A DNA stretch of 63,942 nucleotides, the filler included, from Octopus bimaculoides (lineage: Eukaryota), in NCBI RefSeq assembly GCF_001194135.2. It is 5 parts of 5 records of this genome, joined end to end, with 100 filler letters (N's around TTAATTAATTAA, not from the genome) between each part and the next. Parts side by side here need not be neighbours in the genome. Positions count along the whole stretch, not along the records: positions 19,204 to 50,874 come from NC_069007.1; positions 50,975 to 60,171 come from NC_068999.1; 3 more parts are not named here. One strand, given 5' to 3'. Position numbers and translations under genes: made by a program. This document shows, one piece after another, positions 39,901 to 51,017 of the stretch. Under the pieces are notes generated by a model. It saw only the letters and a list, made by a program, of their open reading frames with translations. It made no database searches and was not told the DNA's origin. Every line of letters starts with the position of its first letter. Within the stretch, counting starts at the first letter, position 1.

Positions 39901-42900
39901 CTAAAAAGGAAAGACGACGAGTTCTGTGATAGCCATCATGCCTTCCTTCAGGTTGGTAAACAAACTTATCTTCTATATCTTTTACTTGTTTCAGCCGTTA
40001 GACTGCAACCATACTGGAGCACTGCCTTCAGAAGTTTTAGTCAAACAAATTGATCCCAGCACTTATATTTTTTTTAAGTCTGGTACTTAAAGTACTACCA
40101 GTCTCTTTTTTTGCTGAATTGCTAAGTTACAGGGATGTAAACAAACCAACAGGTAGTAGTAGTGGGAGACAAGTACATAGATGCACACATACAAAAATAA
40201 GCACCAATTGAGCACTTGGGTCGATGTGCTCAACCGGCCCTTTCCTCAATATTTCAGGACTTGTGCCTATAGTAGAAAGAATTATTGTCAAGGCAGCAGG
40301 CTCCGGCTGGCAGAATTGTTACCATACCAGACAATATGCTTAGTGGCATTCTGAGTTCAAATCATACTAAGGTTGACTTAGCCTTTTATCTCTTCAGGGT
40401 TGATGTAATAAGCACCAGTTAAACATTAGGAGTGGGGGGGGGCGATGTAATTGACTGACCCTTCCCCCCCCACACCAAATGTTAGACCTTGTGGTCTATT
40501 GTAGAAGGGCTTGTTGTTGTTGTTGACGAAATTTCATTCTTCCGTTTCAGAGTTCATTCCGGGACAAACTGAGTCCCATCAAATTTCAATTCAGCTACAA
40601 ACTCAAAGGAAAACCCCTAAACCGCAATAACCAGCTTCCACAAATCAATGCTTTCCCAATTTTGGATCTAACTACTGCTGAAGAGACTACAGAAATAAAA
40701 CAGGTTGGGGTTTGTTTTTTTTTTAATATTTTAAATTTCACATATCCTAAATTGGACCAACTCTCAGAGTGGTGGGCGTTAGGAAGGGCATCCAGCTGTA
40801 GAAACTCTGCCAAATCAGATTGGAGCCTGGTGTAGCCATCTGGTTTCACCAGTCCTCAGTCAAATCGTCCAACCCATGCTAGCATGGAAAGCGGACGTTA
40901 AACGATGGTGATGATAATGATTATTGCTATAATTATTATTATTACTATTATTATGTGCCGGTGACACGTGAAAAGACATTCGAGCGAGATTGTTGCCAGT
41001 GCCCCTGGACTGGCTCCTATGCAAGTGTCACGTAAAATACACCATTTCGAGCGTGGCCATTGCCAGTACCACCTGACTGGCCTTCGTGCTGGTGGCACGT
41101 AAAAGCACCCACTACACTCTCGGAGTGGTTGGCGTTAGGAAGGGCATCCAGCTGTAGAAACTCTGCCAGATCAGATTGGAGCCTGGTGTAGCCATCTGGT
41201 TTCACCAGTCCTCGGTCAAATCATCCAACCCATGCTAGCATGGAAAGCGGACGTTAAACGACGACAATGGTGATGTTGATGATTCTAAGGTAGTATTTCT
41301 TTGACTGACATCCAAGACAGTAATTCGTCCATCTTCTTTTATATTTTTAGATTGATATCCAAAAGGAGTGTGGTAGCGATAATGTCTGTCAATCAGATTT
41401 AACTTTGAAGGCCACTCCTCTTAACGCCACCTTGTAAGTAATCATGTTTTTATTTACTAGTTTTGTTGTATTATTGTTTAACTCCCGCCACCCCCATTCA
41501 GTCCTAATTAAGCTGACCTACAATCAAAGACATTCCAGATTTGACAATCCCACGTATTTTCTCTCCGACTAGTCATTAATGTTTCTTTCAACACTCTGAG
41601 TTCAGATCGCACTAGGATCAGATGTACTTTTCATCCTCCTGGGGCCAGTAAAGTACCAGTCATATATTGAGCTTGATCCTTCTTTTTCCTTTACTTCTTT
41701 CTTAGAATCAGCTGTTGCTGTATAAGAAGGGTCTTGAGAGACCAGTTCCATTGGCCCCTTTCTAGCAAAATGAAGAAAGATTGAGCTGGAAGGGACCAGC
41801 TGCCTTTTCCTATGGAAAAGACTGATATTGACCAGTGAAGTGGACACGTCCTTAGATGGACTGATGTGGAGTGAACATATTGATGTCCATTCACTGATAT
41901 TGAGAGACACTTTACATCTGGAATATTTGAAAGGGGTCCTGGTTGCATTCTGTTCATTTTTATTGGGGGGAGGTGTGACGGGGGTTGTCATGTGTTGTGA
42001 TTGTGTGATTTTCTGTTGAAGGAAAGATTGACGAAATCAGGCTGTGATTGATAAGGACAGCCTGTGACTGATGGTGACAAACTTTGACTAGTGAGAACAT
42101 ACTGATTGATGGTGACAAACTTTAACCAGTGGCAACAGACAAACTTTGACTGGTACCAAGAGACCGACTGATGGAAATAAAGATTGGCTGAATAATAAGT
42201 GGTAGACAACGACTGATGAGAATTATGGACCATGCTTGATAACAACAGACTGTAATGGTTGATGACAAACNNNNNNNNNNNNNNNNNNNNNNNNNNNNNN
42301 NNNNNNNNNNNNNNNNNNNNNNNNNNNNNNNNNNNNNNNNNNNNNNNNNNNNNNNNNNNNNNNNNNNNNNNNNNNNNNNNNNNNNNNNNNNNNNNNNNNN
42401 NNNNNNNNNNNNNNNNNNNNNNNNNNNNNNNNNNNNNNNNNNNTGAAGGAAAGATTGACGAAATCAGGCTGTGATTGATAAGGACAGCCTGTGACTGATG
42501 GTGACAAACTTTGACTAGTGAGAACATACTGATTGATGGTGACAAACTTTAACCAGTGGCAACAGACAAACTTTGACTGGTACCAAGAGACCGACTGATG
42601 GAAATAAAGATTGGCTGAATAATAAGTGGTAGACAACGACTGATGAGAATTATGGACCATGCTTGATAACAACAGACTGTAATGGTTGATGACAAACTGT
42701 GACTGATGGGACAGACTGATGGTTAAGGACCAACTGATTAGCAGCAAGATGTAAGACCATAACTATAATGATGATGGACTGTGACTGATACTGACAGGCT
42801 GACTAATGGTGATAGACCGCCAGTGACAAACTGTACATGGTGGTGATGGACTGTGACTGATGATGACAGACTGACAAAGAGAAATCAATGATGATAGAAT

Positions 42901-45900
42901 GATACTTTTCACTTGTGATTAATCTTCCAATTGGACCAAATTGAGAATATTCCTTCTGCTCTTGTTTTCTCAGCGACTCAGTTAGTAAACGCTATATCCT
43001 TAGTAGTAAAGACAGCAGTTCTTTACTGATCCGTTTTATTGTGACAAATTCCAAGGAACCAGCCTATGATACCAAACTAAACTTGAAGGTACCAGAAAAT
43101 GTGATTTATCAAGGAGTTGACTATGGAGAGGTAGGACTTTACATTTTCTTCTATATCATTGTGTTTAGCCCCAAGTGAGTCCCTGATCTGGGGCTAAACA
43201 TGTTGAAAGACGTGCCAGTTGGGACCATTCCATCTTTTTGTTATTCAGACAATATTTTATATTTCAATGCATGAACCATATCTTCATTAGTTCCAATTGC
43301 CCAATTACACTTTCACTGTACTTCTGAGGACAAATGTGACTTGGTACTTTGCTTAAAGTACCATTTTTCCCCTCTTCTTTTACCTAACAATGTTTTTATG
43401 TCTTAGTCCAATATGGATCAGAAGTTTTCTCCTACTTTAATTGCAAAGTCTTTGATCAGGTCCTCGAAAATTAATCATACATAACACATCTGCTTCTATA
43501 CTTAGTAGAAATAAGGCATCCTGAATATTATTTTAATAAATTTAAAGTGATTTCTTTTGTACCGTAAACCATTTATCAGTTCTGTGGTGCTCCCCCCACC
43601 TCCCCCATTTCCCTTGATGCCCTAGACATGTGATTATTTTGCTTAATGGTTAAACCAGTGCTGCCCCCATCCCACCTGCACCCATGGGTGACAGAATTAT
43701 TAGAACATCTCACAAAATACCTTATGGTATTCACTCCAGTTCTGAATTCAAAATTGAAATCCCATCAAGTCCAACTTTCCCTTTCATTATTCTGCGGATT
43801 GGGTGGGGTGGGAGGAAAGAAAGTACCCCTGCAGGGTGTTAGATTGGTGCAACTGTTAAAGCATTAGACAGTGTGATGATTGCTTTGGCCGTTTGAGCTC
43901 TCAGTTCTTGGCTGGCAAACTTAATCCATCTTGACCCAGTTTAGAATTTGTTGGATGGGACTGAAGCACTTTTTCTGTGGCTGGATGCCTTTCCTGTCAC
44001 CAACCCATACCTGTTTCAAAGCAAAGCAATATTTACCCTGTAACCCAACGTGTTTGCATGGAAGACTGGAAACAAAGGACACAGCTTAAATGATGGTGAC
44101 ATCCACACACACACACACACATATACACAATAGGCTTTTTTCAGTTTCCATCTACTAAATCTACTCACAAGGCTTTCGTCAGCTCAAGTCTATAGCAGAA
44201 GGCGCTTGCCTAAGGTGTGACCAAACCCAGACCCATGTGGTTGGGTAGCAATCTTCTTACCAAAAAGCTACAACGGTGCCTAAAATATACGAAAATAAGT
44301 AGAAAATTAGTTTCTGATTTATTAAAATAATCTGCTCTGAATGGGTTAGGTGGATTGTAAAACATGGGACAAGAACATTTGTAAAACAGCATTTTGTAAA
44401 ATGGGTCACTGAGCTAAAATATGTTGGGAACCATTGTTTTAAACCATGCAGTCATTTTTTATTTTCTATCGTCAGAGCAAGCAACCTGTAGAATGTTCTT
44501 CCAAAAAAAATGACGTTATTGTCTGTGACAGGCTTGGCAATCCTTTCCTTCCTAACACAAACCTGATTTTCATTGTGAAGCTTGTTATTGAAGATGTTAA
44601 GCCTACGAATTTCCTCAACATTGAAGTTAACTTAACCACGTACGTATCTTTATATCATATTCTTGTTGTTGTTGTCGATGATGCTAATGTTGCTTTTCTG
44701 CCTTTCCATGATAAGGCCCTAGAATGGCAAAATGGTTTTCTCTCTGACCTATCTCGAATGGCTGAATTGCTCAGACCATTGAAACTTTGCCACATTTGAT
44801 GTCCTTATCTTCCATCGTCACAATCCATTGACTACGACGATGAAGGTTCCAGTTGATCCGATCAACAGAAGAGCCTGCTCGTGAAATTAATGTGCAAGTG
44901 GCTGAGCACTCCAGACACAGAATTTTAGGGGAGATTCAGCATAACACAGAATGTGACAAGGCTGACCCCTTTGAATTACAGGTACAACAGAAACAAGAAG
45001 AAAGAGTGAGAGAAAGTTGTGGTGAAAGAGTACAGCAGGGGTTGTTACCACCCCTGCCGGATCCTCGTAGAGCCTTATGGGTTTTCGCTCAATAAACACT
45101 CACAATGCCTGGTCTGGGAATTGAAACCACAATCCTACAACTGCAAGTCTGCTGCCCTAACCACTGAGCCATAGCTAGCTTGTCTGAAGAGTTTGTCAAG
45201 ATTGTCTTGTGGCAAGATTCTGAAACTAACATTAACATTCTGACCATTTATATGCCATGACCAGTAAGATACTGTTTGATGATATAAAAATATACCTGCT
45301 TTATTATGTATCTTGAGTGTGTAGCTGATGATATATATAAAATATGGATGTTAAATGATGATGATGAACATATGTGTGTGTGTGTGTAGTATAAATGTGC
45401 TATAGAAAATATGTATATTAAATGCTTAATATAACATACATGTGTTTCAGTGAATTAACTGCCAGGATTACGTAACTGCTTATTGAATCATTATATAATC
45501 TTATTTGTTCACTTCCTTGGTGTTAATTATAAAATTTATATTTCAACAAAGTGATATCAAGAGTTATTTCCCCTGCTTATCATTTATGCAAATGTAACAA
45601 AGAAAAAAAACATTTTGATTCACCTGTCTGCCAGTTTTGAAGATAATCAAATCAATATTTAATGAGTTCGAGTCACTCACCCAATGAGTATTTCTGCCAA
45701 ATTTGATGAAAATCCATTCAGCCGTTTTCCAGTAATTTTGCAAACACACACACACACACACAAAGATGTGCAACTACACTAACTCTGCTTCACTTATGCA
45801 TGCAGGGTTAGAAATGTTTTAACAAGCAATTATATAATCCTGTCAATAATTTGATGAAACACATGTATGTTTTATAAAACATAAAATACCATGCCTGTTG

Positions 45901-48900
45901 TCTGTTTAGTATTTTTACACAACTCATTTTCTACACACTAGCTTATCCCACAGTTTGATGCCCTGCGTTGTACCACACTGGATATAGGAATTCAGTGTGG
46001 GTGGGGCCTACTACTGAGCCCAAATAAACTAATCCTAGTTTTGATAAGTTTCTCTTGTTTCTTTCAGAATAAGTGATGAACAAACACCAGACGACAATGA
46101 AGTTGACATTGCCTTTGAAATGCTGATTGTTACTGACATACAAGTTACAGGGTGAGGATATTGATGTTTGCTTCATCTTGGAGAGAGAGTCTTTAGTACA
46201 GATGCTGGTGTGGCTGGAGAAGTATTTGAAGCAGGATGTTTTGAATGAATGTTCTTCTTGTTGCCGATTTTTACTTGTTTTTCATGGAAGGGGTTTTTAT
46301 AATAATCCACAGGTGACTGAAAGCACACAGTGACTGGTCATAATGTCAACTAGCAAAACCCTAAGGTGTCAACATTCACACGCACACACTTTTTCTCTCT
46401 CTCTTTCTCTCTCTCTCATGCAGGGTTCTTACAGTTTCTGTCTACCAAATCCTTTCTCAAGTCATTGGTCAGCCTAGAGCTACATTAGAAGACACTTGCC
46501 CAAGGTGCCACACAGTGGGACTGAACTCAAACCTACATGCTCATGAAATGAACTTTTGAACCACACATTAAGCACCTCTATTGTATCTAGTTTCAGCTCA
46601 TGAGCTGTGGCCATGCTGGGGCACCGCCTCTGTCTATTAATGGTTTTTTTTTTTGTGTGTTTGAAAAACTGAAAAAAATTTGCCAAAGAGGAAAATAAAA
46701 AAAAAACAAAAAACAAATGAAATAAAGTTTTATAAGCATTAAATAAGCAAGACTTTATTCATTGTCAAACATTAACGAATCATGCTCTCATTTAAAATGA
46801 AATTTCTTACGACAAATTTTCTTCTGGCAAAAATATTTACAAATGAAATTTTCTATAACTGTTGATGTTGTTTAAACAACCTGTATTTGTGAACTTCAGC
46901 CAGTCTTCCCCTGAACAAGTGGTTTATACCGGTAATGATCGTGGGGAGAGTGCCATGAAAAGTGAAGATGACATTGGTCCAGTTGTAAGCCATATTTATG
47001 ATGTGAGTCTTTTTTGTTTCGTTCATTTCTCAGAATTATTCTTCAAGTATTCTTCCGTTATGTTGTTTCTTTATTTCTTTTCCCTGCTGTGCTTCACATT
47101 GGTCCATCCTTCTCTAGTTCAGGTAGACATCAGGTAGACATCAGGTAGACATCTGATAGACATCAGGTAGACATCAGGTAGACATCTGGTAGACCTCTGG
47201 TAGACATCTGATAGACATCTGGTAGACACCTGGTAGACATCAGGTAGACACCTGGTAGACACCTGGTAGACATCAGGTAGACACCTGGTAGACATCAGGT
47301 AGACATNNNNNNNNNNGTAGACATCAGGTAGACACCTGGTAGACATCAGGCTTTTTTTGAAAAGAGGGTTACTGGTCCCTCTTCACACAACCTTTCTCTG
47401 TTTCTCAAGGAATGACATGACTTTTCCTCAGGGTACAGCAGAGATAAATCAGAAAGAAAGAGACAAGAATCAACCCCAGTATTTGATTGGTATTTTACAC
47501 ATCAACCCCAAAAGGCGAATATTAAGATAGTAAAGATCTATAGCCTAGTGGTTAGAGTGCTGGCTTCACATTCGTAACATCACGTGTTCAATTCTCTGTG
47601 TCCTTGAACAAAGCATTTTATTTCATTTTGTATTGTTCCAGTCTACTCAGCTGAAAATAGGTGCCACTTGTCAACCTTGTGACAGATTGGTGTCCTGTCC
47701 ATTGGTGGAGGGGAGGTTACACTGTCACTTGTTTTTACACCTCAAAAACCAGGATAAGCTCTAACCTAATGATTTTTTAGATTAGAGATAGATTTTAACT
47801 TTGTTAACTGTCTTAACATATATTGGTTTTGTTTAGTGAACAACAGACCTTTCTCTAAAGTATGATGATATTCTACTTTATTGAGAAATCTGTATTCATC
47901 ATCATCATCATCCATTTTTATATGCCAGCATGGTTTCTACAGCTGGATGCCCTTCCTAGTGCCAACCACTCTACAGATTGTACTGGATGCTTTTTACATG
48001 GTACCAGCACTAACAGGATCACCAAGTATATTGCAAGGCAAAAACCCCTTTGATTGAGAGTGAGGGGTGGTGGCTTTGTACCAATTAAGAGATTAAAGAT
48101 ATAGAGCAAGGGTCTCCAAAGTAGTCGATATTGACCCCTGGGGGTCAATGGGACTATTCAAGGGTTCAATAAATGCACATCTACTTAATTATTATTATTA
48201 TTTATTTATTTATTTTCTTGTACATGCCTTGGGGTCGATGAGTCAAGGATTCCACGAAGGAGTCAATGTTCTAAAAAGTTTGGGGAGCCCTGATATAGAG
48301 GAACAAGGATAGGTGTCTTGCTTTAGAATAGATACATGGATACTCCAGTTGGAAATCAAAGGAGAATGAATTAGAGAGTAAGATAACCTTTTTTTTTTTT
48401 TCTGTTTGTAATATTTTTGATATTATCACCTGCCTAGGTGTACAACAAGGGCTCTGGAACTGTACCTCAATCAAAACTCACCATCGAATGGCCTTATGAA
48501 CTGGCTAGTAATGAACCGGATGGTGATGGCAAACACCTCCTCTATTTACTGCAGCCACCAAGGGTTTGTATGATTTCCTTTCTTATTATTTTATGTTACA
48601 TAACATGTGTGGAGACGCAATGGCCCAGTGGTTAGGGCAGCGGACTCGCGGTCATAGGATCGCGGTTTCGATTCCCAGACCGGGCATTGCGAGTGTTTAT
48701 TGAGCGATAACACCTAAAAGCTCCACAAGGCTCCGGCAGGGGATGGTGGCGAACCCTGCTGTACTCTTTCACCACAACTTTCTCTCACTCTAACTTCCTG
48801 TTTCTGTTGTGCCTGTAATTCAAAGGGTCAGCCTTGTCACACTGTGTCACGCTGAATATCCCCGAGAACTACGTTAAGGGTACACGTGTCTGTGGAGTGC

Positions 48901-49403
48901 TCAGCCACTTGCACGTTAATTTCACGAGCCGNNNNNNNNNNCTGTGGAGTGCTCAACCACTTGCACGTTAATTTCACGAGCCGGCTGTTCCATTGATTGG
49001 ATCAACTGGAACCCTCGACGTCATAAGCGACGGAATGCCAACACAACACTTAACATGTTGTTGTTTAGCCCCTGGTCAGCTCTGATCCAGCAAGTCAATG
49101 GTAAAACAGCATTTCAATATAATTAGAGCTGTAATTGGACAAAAGGTGGGATGGTCATGAGTGGAATGCCTTTGATCTCAAATCTGCTGGTTCAAGGCTG
49201 ACCTGAAACTGAATAACAGCAACAATTAGACCACTCTGCAGTTAAAGCATTTTCTCTGTTCACTTCAATCAATACATTCTGATCTGAGATGATCAATAAG
49301 TCTTTTTACATTGATTTGGAAATATCTATTTCAGGTTCAAGAAGGAAAAGTAACCTGTCGCCATCCAACCATCATTAATCCTGCTTCAATCAAAGTAAGT
49401 TAC

Positions 49404-49453
<50 letters not shown>

Positions 49454-50476
49454 CGGTGAGCTGGCAGAATCGTTAGCATGCCGGGCGAAATGCTTAGCAG
49501 TATTTCATCTGCCACTACATTCTGAGTTCAAATTCCGCCGAGGTCGACAGCATGTCTTGGTCATTTTAATCAGCCCTCTCCAGGCCTGATTATGGCTGAA
49601 TTCTACTAGACAAAGCCTTGTCACACTGTGTCACGCTGGATATCCCCAAGAACTACGTTAAGGGTACACGTGTCTGTGGAGTGCTCAGCCACTTGCACGT
49701 TAATTTCACGAGCAGGCTGTTCCGTTGATCGGATCGACTGGAACCCTTGACATCATAAGCGACAGAGTGCCAACAACAACAACTAGACAAGAACTAGAGA
49801 AAGACAGAAAGTGAGAGAGAGAGAGAGGGAGGCAATAATAATTGTTATTTAGTGACCTCATGAAATGAATGAAAGGCAAATATTGACCTCTGTGGAATTT
49901 GAACTCAGAGCACTATAACTGGAAGAAATGTATCTATATCCAGGTACAAGACACCTGATGGTAATTGGTGATCAGACTAATCAAAACATGGAGTAAATCT
50001 AAATAATTATTATAGGAAAATGTGTCCTGTTTAAATGAGATCAACAATTTAAATAATTATAATCTTATTAACCCTTTAGCATTCAGATTAATCTAACGAA
50101 TATAATGCTTATTGATTTGCATTATTTTGAATTCATTATGCACTATCACATAATTTCGAGATTTCAATGATGTGACTGTTTATTTTTAACATGACATTGT
50201 AGGATAGGTGTGAGAGGCCAGATCTGGCTGATTTGGCGATAAAACAGGTAGAATATTTTGGCCGGATATGGCCAGTTTGAATGCTAAAGGGTTAAAGACT
50301 GACTCGTCTCAAATATTTAGACAAAACGTCTAGGTTATTCTTGATGTTTTTTTCACAAATTTCAAAGACAGAGATGTGTTGTTTATAGGTTCCACTAATG
50401 TAAACCAGTGTTGTTCTTTCTGTCTCCCTCTAATCAGGATAACCCCAACTCAATTCTGCGGTTACCGCGCTCGTTT
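22501..50476 (+). CDS. Integrin alpha subunit gene (partial, 17 visible exons), most like PS1/ITGA3-6-7 laminin-receptor clade
   Basis: FG-GAP repeats, Ca-loops ([19 protein letters not shown]), SRPV, FRDKLSPI, genu CGSDNVC, NSKEPAY, and GESAM..EDDIG..V.H.Y / WPY...GKHLLYL. Clade call rests on my recollection of the last motifs and needs a tree. Confidence 0.95.
23161..23547 (-). mobile_element. SINE family A, full length, inverted
   Basis: Reverse complement of the 21183 copy with scattered substitutions. Confidence 0.9.
27563..27735. repeat. 56-bp tandem repeat x3
   Basis: Units start at 27563, 27619 and 27675. Confidence 0.9.
31096..31266 (+). CDS. Integrin alpha exon: propeller blades 2-3
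   Basis: ttgaag| ACAHRYHEGVSFNGVCYILDNDLTAPQKFVTNVYGDHTEYGSSQTGTSAVFVPSGKN |gtgagt; 171 nt, phase 0/0; CAHRY...G.CY motif. Confidence 0.92.
31410..31671 (+). mobile_element. SINE family A, cut by gap
   Basis: Same head and body as the 21183 copy. Confidence 0.9.
32798..32893 (+). CDS. Integrin alpha exon: propeller blade 3-4 linker
   Basis: tttccag| (G)TIYSKVIAFHGGDTTTKESKFGDEIKANSFV(G) |gtaatt; 96 nt, phase 1/1; NSFVG corresponds to the typical xSYxG|YS boundary. Confidence 0.8.
35270..35920. mobile_element. Three SINE family B copies in +/-/+ orientation; others at 40290-40510 (+), 49453-49548 (+), 58240-58400 (-), 58890-59075 (+)
   Basis: Matches to the family B consensus on both strands; an ATTAATCAATAT x4 spacer lies at about 35682-35730. 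Confidence 0.85.
35996..36083 (+). CDS. Integrin alpha exon: FG-GAP 5
   Basis: tttcttag| (G)YHDLIVGAPFYQHPKKGGAIYIYMGVPNG |gtcagt; phase 2/0. Confidence 0.95.
37425..37566 (+). CDS. Integrin alpha exon: FG-GAP 6 start
   Basis: gtttcag| [47 protein letters not shown](D) |gtacgt; phase 0/1. Confidence 0.95.
37939..38027 (+). CDS. Integrin alpha exon: FG-GAP 6 end
   Basis: cacttag| (D)LLVGAPYEGHGAVYVFHGSKDGIVEKPTQ |gtgaga; phase 1/0. Confidence 0.96.
38261..38547 (+). CDS. Integrin alpha exon: FG-GAP 7 and start of thigh
   Basis: gttccag| [51 protein letters not shown]...CLKYTATI |gtaagt; phase 0/2. Confidence 0.96.
38656..39633 (+). mobile_element. Tandem SINE family A copies (two real, third probably an assembly duplicate)
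   Basis: Heads at 38656, 38964 and 39346; 38977-39335 is repeated almost exactly at 39346-39704 across 10 N. Confidence 0.88.
39771..39951 (+). CDS. Integrin alpha exon: thigh
   Basis: ccttcag| (T)LSETPEIKYTIIAERFDPKVIHSRVLF...FCDSHHAFLQ |gttggt; phase 2/0; open frame matching neighbours. Confidence 0.9.
40551..40703 (+). CDS. Integrin alpha exon: thigh
   Basis: gtttcag| SSFRDKLSPIKFQFSYKL...LPQINAFPILDLTTAEETTEIKQ |gttggg; RDKLxPI hallmark; phase 0/0. Confidence 0.93.
40760..41282 (+). mobile_element. 5'-truncated RTE 3'-end copies; others at 25665-26030 (-), 32370-32660 (-), 36290-36500 (+), 36800-37085 (+), 47905-48040 (-), 56560-57490 (-)
   Basis: Share ...GGAAGGGCATCCAGCTGTAGAAAC...CCAACCCATGCTAGCATGGAAAGCGGACGTTAAACGATGAT with the 3' end of the RTE at 55550-55706. 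Confidence 0.9.
41351..41433 (+). CDS. Integrin alpha exon: genu
   Basis: tttttag| IDIQKECGSDNVCQSDLTLKATPLNAT |gtaagt; CGxDNxC genu motif; phase 0/2. Confidence 0.95.
41740..41950 (+). mobile_element. Possible very old Tc1/Tc3-like transposase trace
   Basis: WKRLILTSE..SLDG resembles WxxVIFSDEKKFNLDG; heavily degraded. Confidence 0.25.
42017..42860. repeat. Degenerate GACTGATGGTGACAAAC-type minisatellite; 254 bp duplicated across a gap
   Basis: 42017-42270 is repeated at 42444-42697. Confidence 0.85.
42974..43130 (+). CDS. Integrin alpha exon: calf-1
   Basis: ttctcag| (F)DSVSKRYILSSKDSSSLLIRFIVTNSKEPAYDTKLNLKVPENVIYQGVDYGE |gtagga; NxxExAY motif; phase 2/0. Confidence 0.93.
44476..44639 (+). 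CDS. Integrin alpha exon: calf-1
   Basis: tcgtcag| SKQPVECSSKKNDVIVCDRLGNPFLPNTNL...VNLT |gtacgt; C...CxxLGNP motif; phase 0/2. Confidence 0.93.
44800..45172 (-). mobile_element. SINE family A, inverted, more diverged
   Basis: Reverse complement of the family A body and head. Confidence 0.85.
46068..46151 (+). CDS. Integrin alpha exon: end of calf-1
   Basis: ctttcag| (T)ISDEQTPDDNEVDIAFEMLIVTDIQVT(G) |gtgagg; phase 2/2. Confidence 0.9.
46900..47002 (+). CDS. Integrin alpha exon: calf-2 start
   Basis: acttcag| (G)QSSPEQVVYTGNDRGESAMKSEDDIGPVVSHIYD |gtgagt; phase 2/0. Confidence 0.93.
47119..47350. repeat. 11-bp minisatellite (GTAGACATCAG and variants), about 20 units, with 10-N gap
   Basis: Direct inspection; explains the periodic ORF STRCLPDVY. 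Confidence 0.95.
48438..48563 (+). CDS. Integrin alpha exon: calf-2
   Basis: tgcctag| VYNKGSGTVPQSKLTIEWPYELASNEPDGDGKHLLYLLQPPR |gtttgt; phase 0/0. Confidence 0.93.
48609..49047 (+). mobile_element. SINE family A, full length (short overlap duplicate at 10-N gap); a further 3' half lies at 49615-49780
   Basis: Direct match to the 21183 copy. Confidence 0.9.
49335..49394 (+). CDS. Integrin alpha exon: calf-2
   Basis: atttcag| VQEGKVTCRHPTIINPASIK |gtaagt; C...INP motif; 60 nt, phase 0/0. Confidence 0.88.
50438..50476 (+). CDS. Probable integrin alpha micro-exon (calf-2 loop, candidate cleavage site)
   Basis: Long pyrimidine tract ending taatcag| DNPNSILRLPRSF |gtaagt; 39 nt, phase 0/0; identified by splice signals and position rather than homology. 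Confidence 0.7.
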
Positions 50477-50729
50477 GTAAGTCTTTTCCTCTTCCTTTTA
50501 TTGCACAAACTCATTTACAGACCAGTGTTTTTCAACCTTTTATTTTTTGCAACAGTGACAACTACATGTGTATAGATGTAGGTTCGTGTGTATGTATGTG
50601 TGTGTGTGTTGTGTATAAGACATCCTGCAGGATGTACAATAAAACTCGTGAAAGGACGGACGAGCTTAGTAGAATCAATGACCAGCCAATGAGTTCGAGT
50701 AAGAGACCCCTAGTCTTTGTTTCTTTCTT

Positions 50730-50874
50730 TTTACTTGTTTCAGTCTTTTGACTGCGGCCATGCTGGAACACCGCCTTTAGTCGAATCAAATCGACCGTAG
50801 GACTTATTCTATCGGTCTCTTTTTGCTGAACCGCTAAGTTACGGGGACCTAAACACACCAGCATCGGTTGTCAA
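50730..50874. mobile_element. Interspersed repeat family D; others at 2185-2230, 3490-3670, 9650-9810, 30240-30345, 39980-40150
   Basis: Recurrent TTTACTTGTTTCAGTC..TTGACTGCGGCCATGCTGGAGCACCGCC...CCGCTAAGTTACGGGGAC; class (SINE 3' part or MITE) not resolved. Confidence 0.8.
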
Positions 50875-50974
50875 NNNNNNNNNNNNNNNNNNNNNNNNNN
50901 NNNNNNNNNNNNNNNNNNTTAATTAATTAANNNNNNNNNNNNNNNNNNNNNNNNNNNNNNNNNNNNNNNNNNNN
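50875..50974. other. Artificial scaffold spacer
   Basis: 44 N + TTAATTAATTAA (50919-50930) + 44 N; separates the truncated integrin gene from the truncated PRCP gene. Confidence 0.92.

Positions 50975-51017
<43 letters not shown>

Noticed and set aside
47119-47350. CRISPR-like array (also 27563-27735)
   Set aside because: Head-to-tail units without unique spacers, eukaryotic context and no cas genes.
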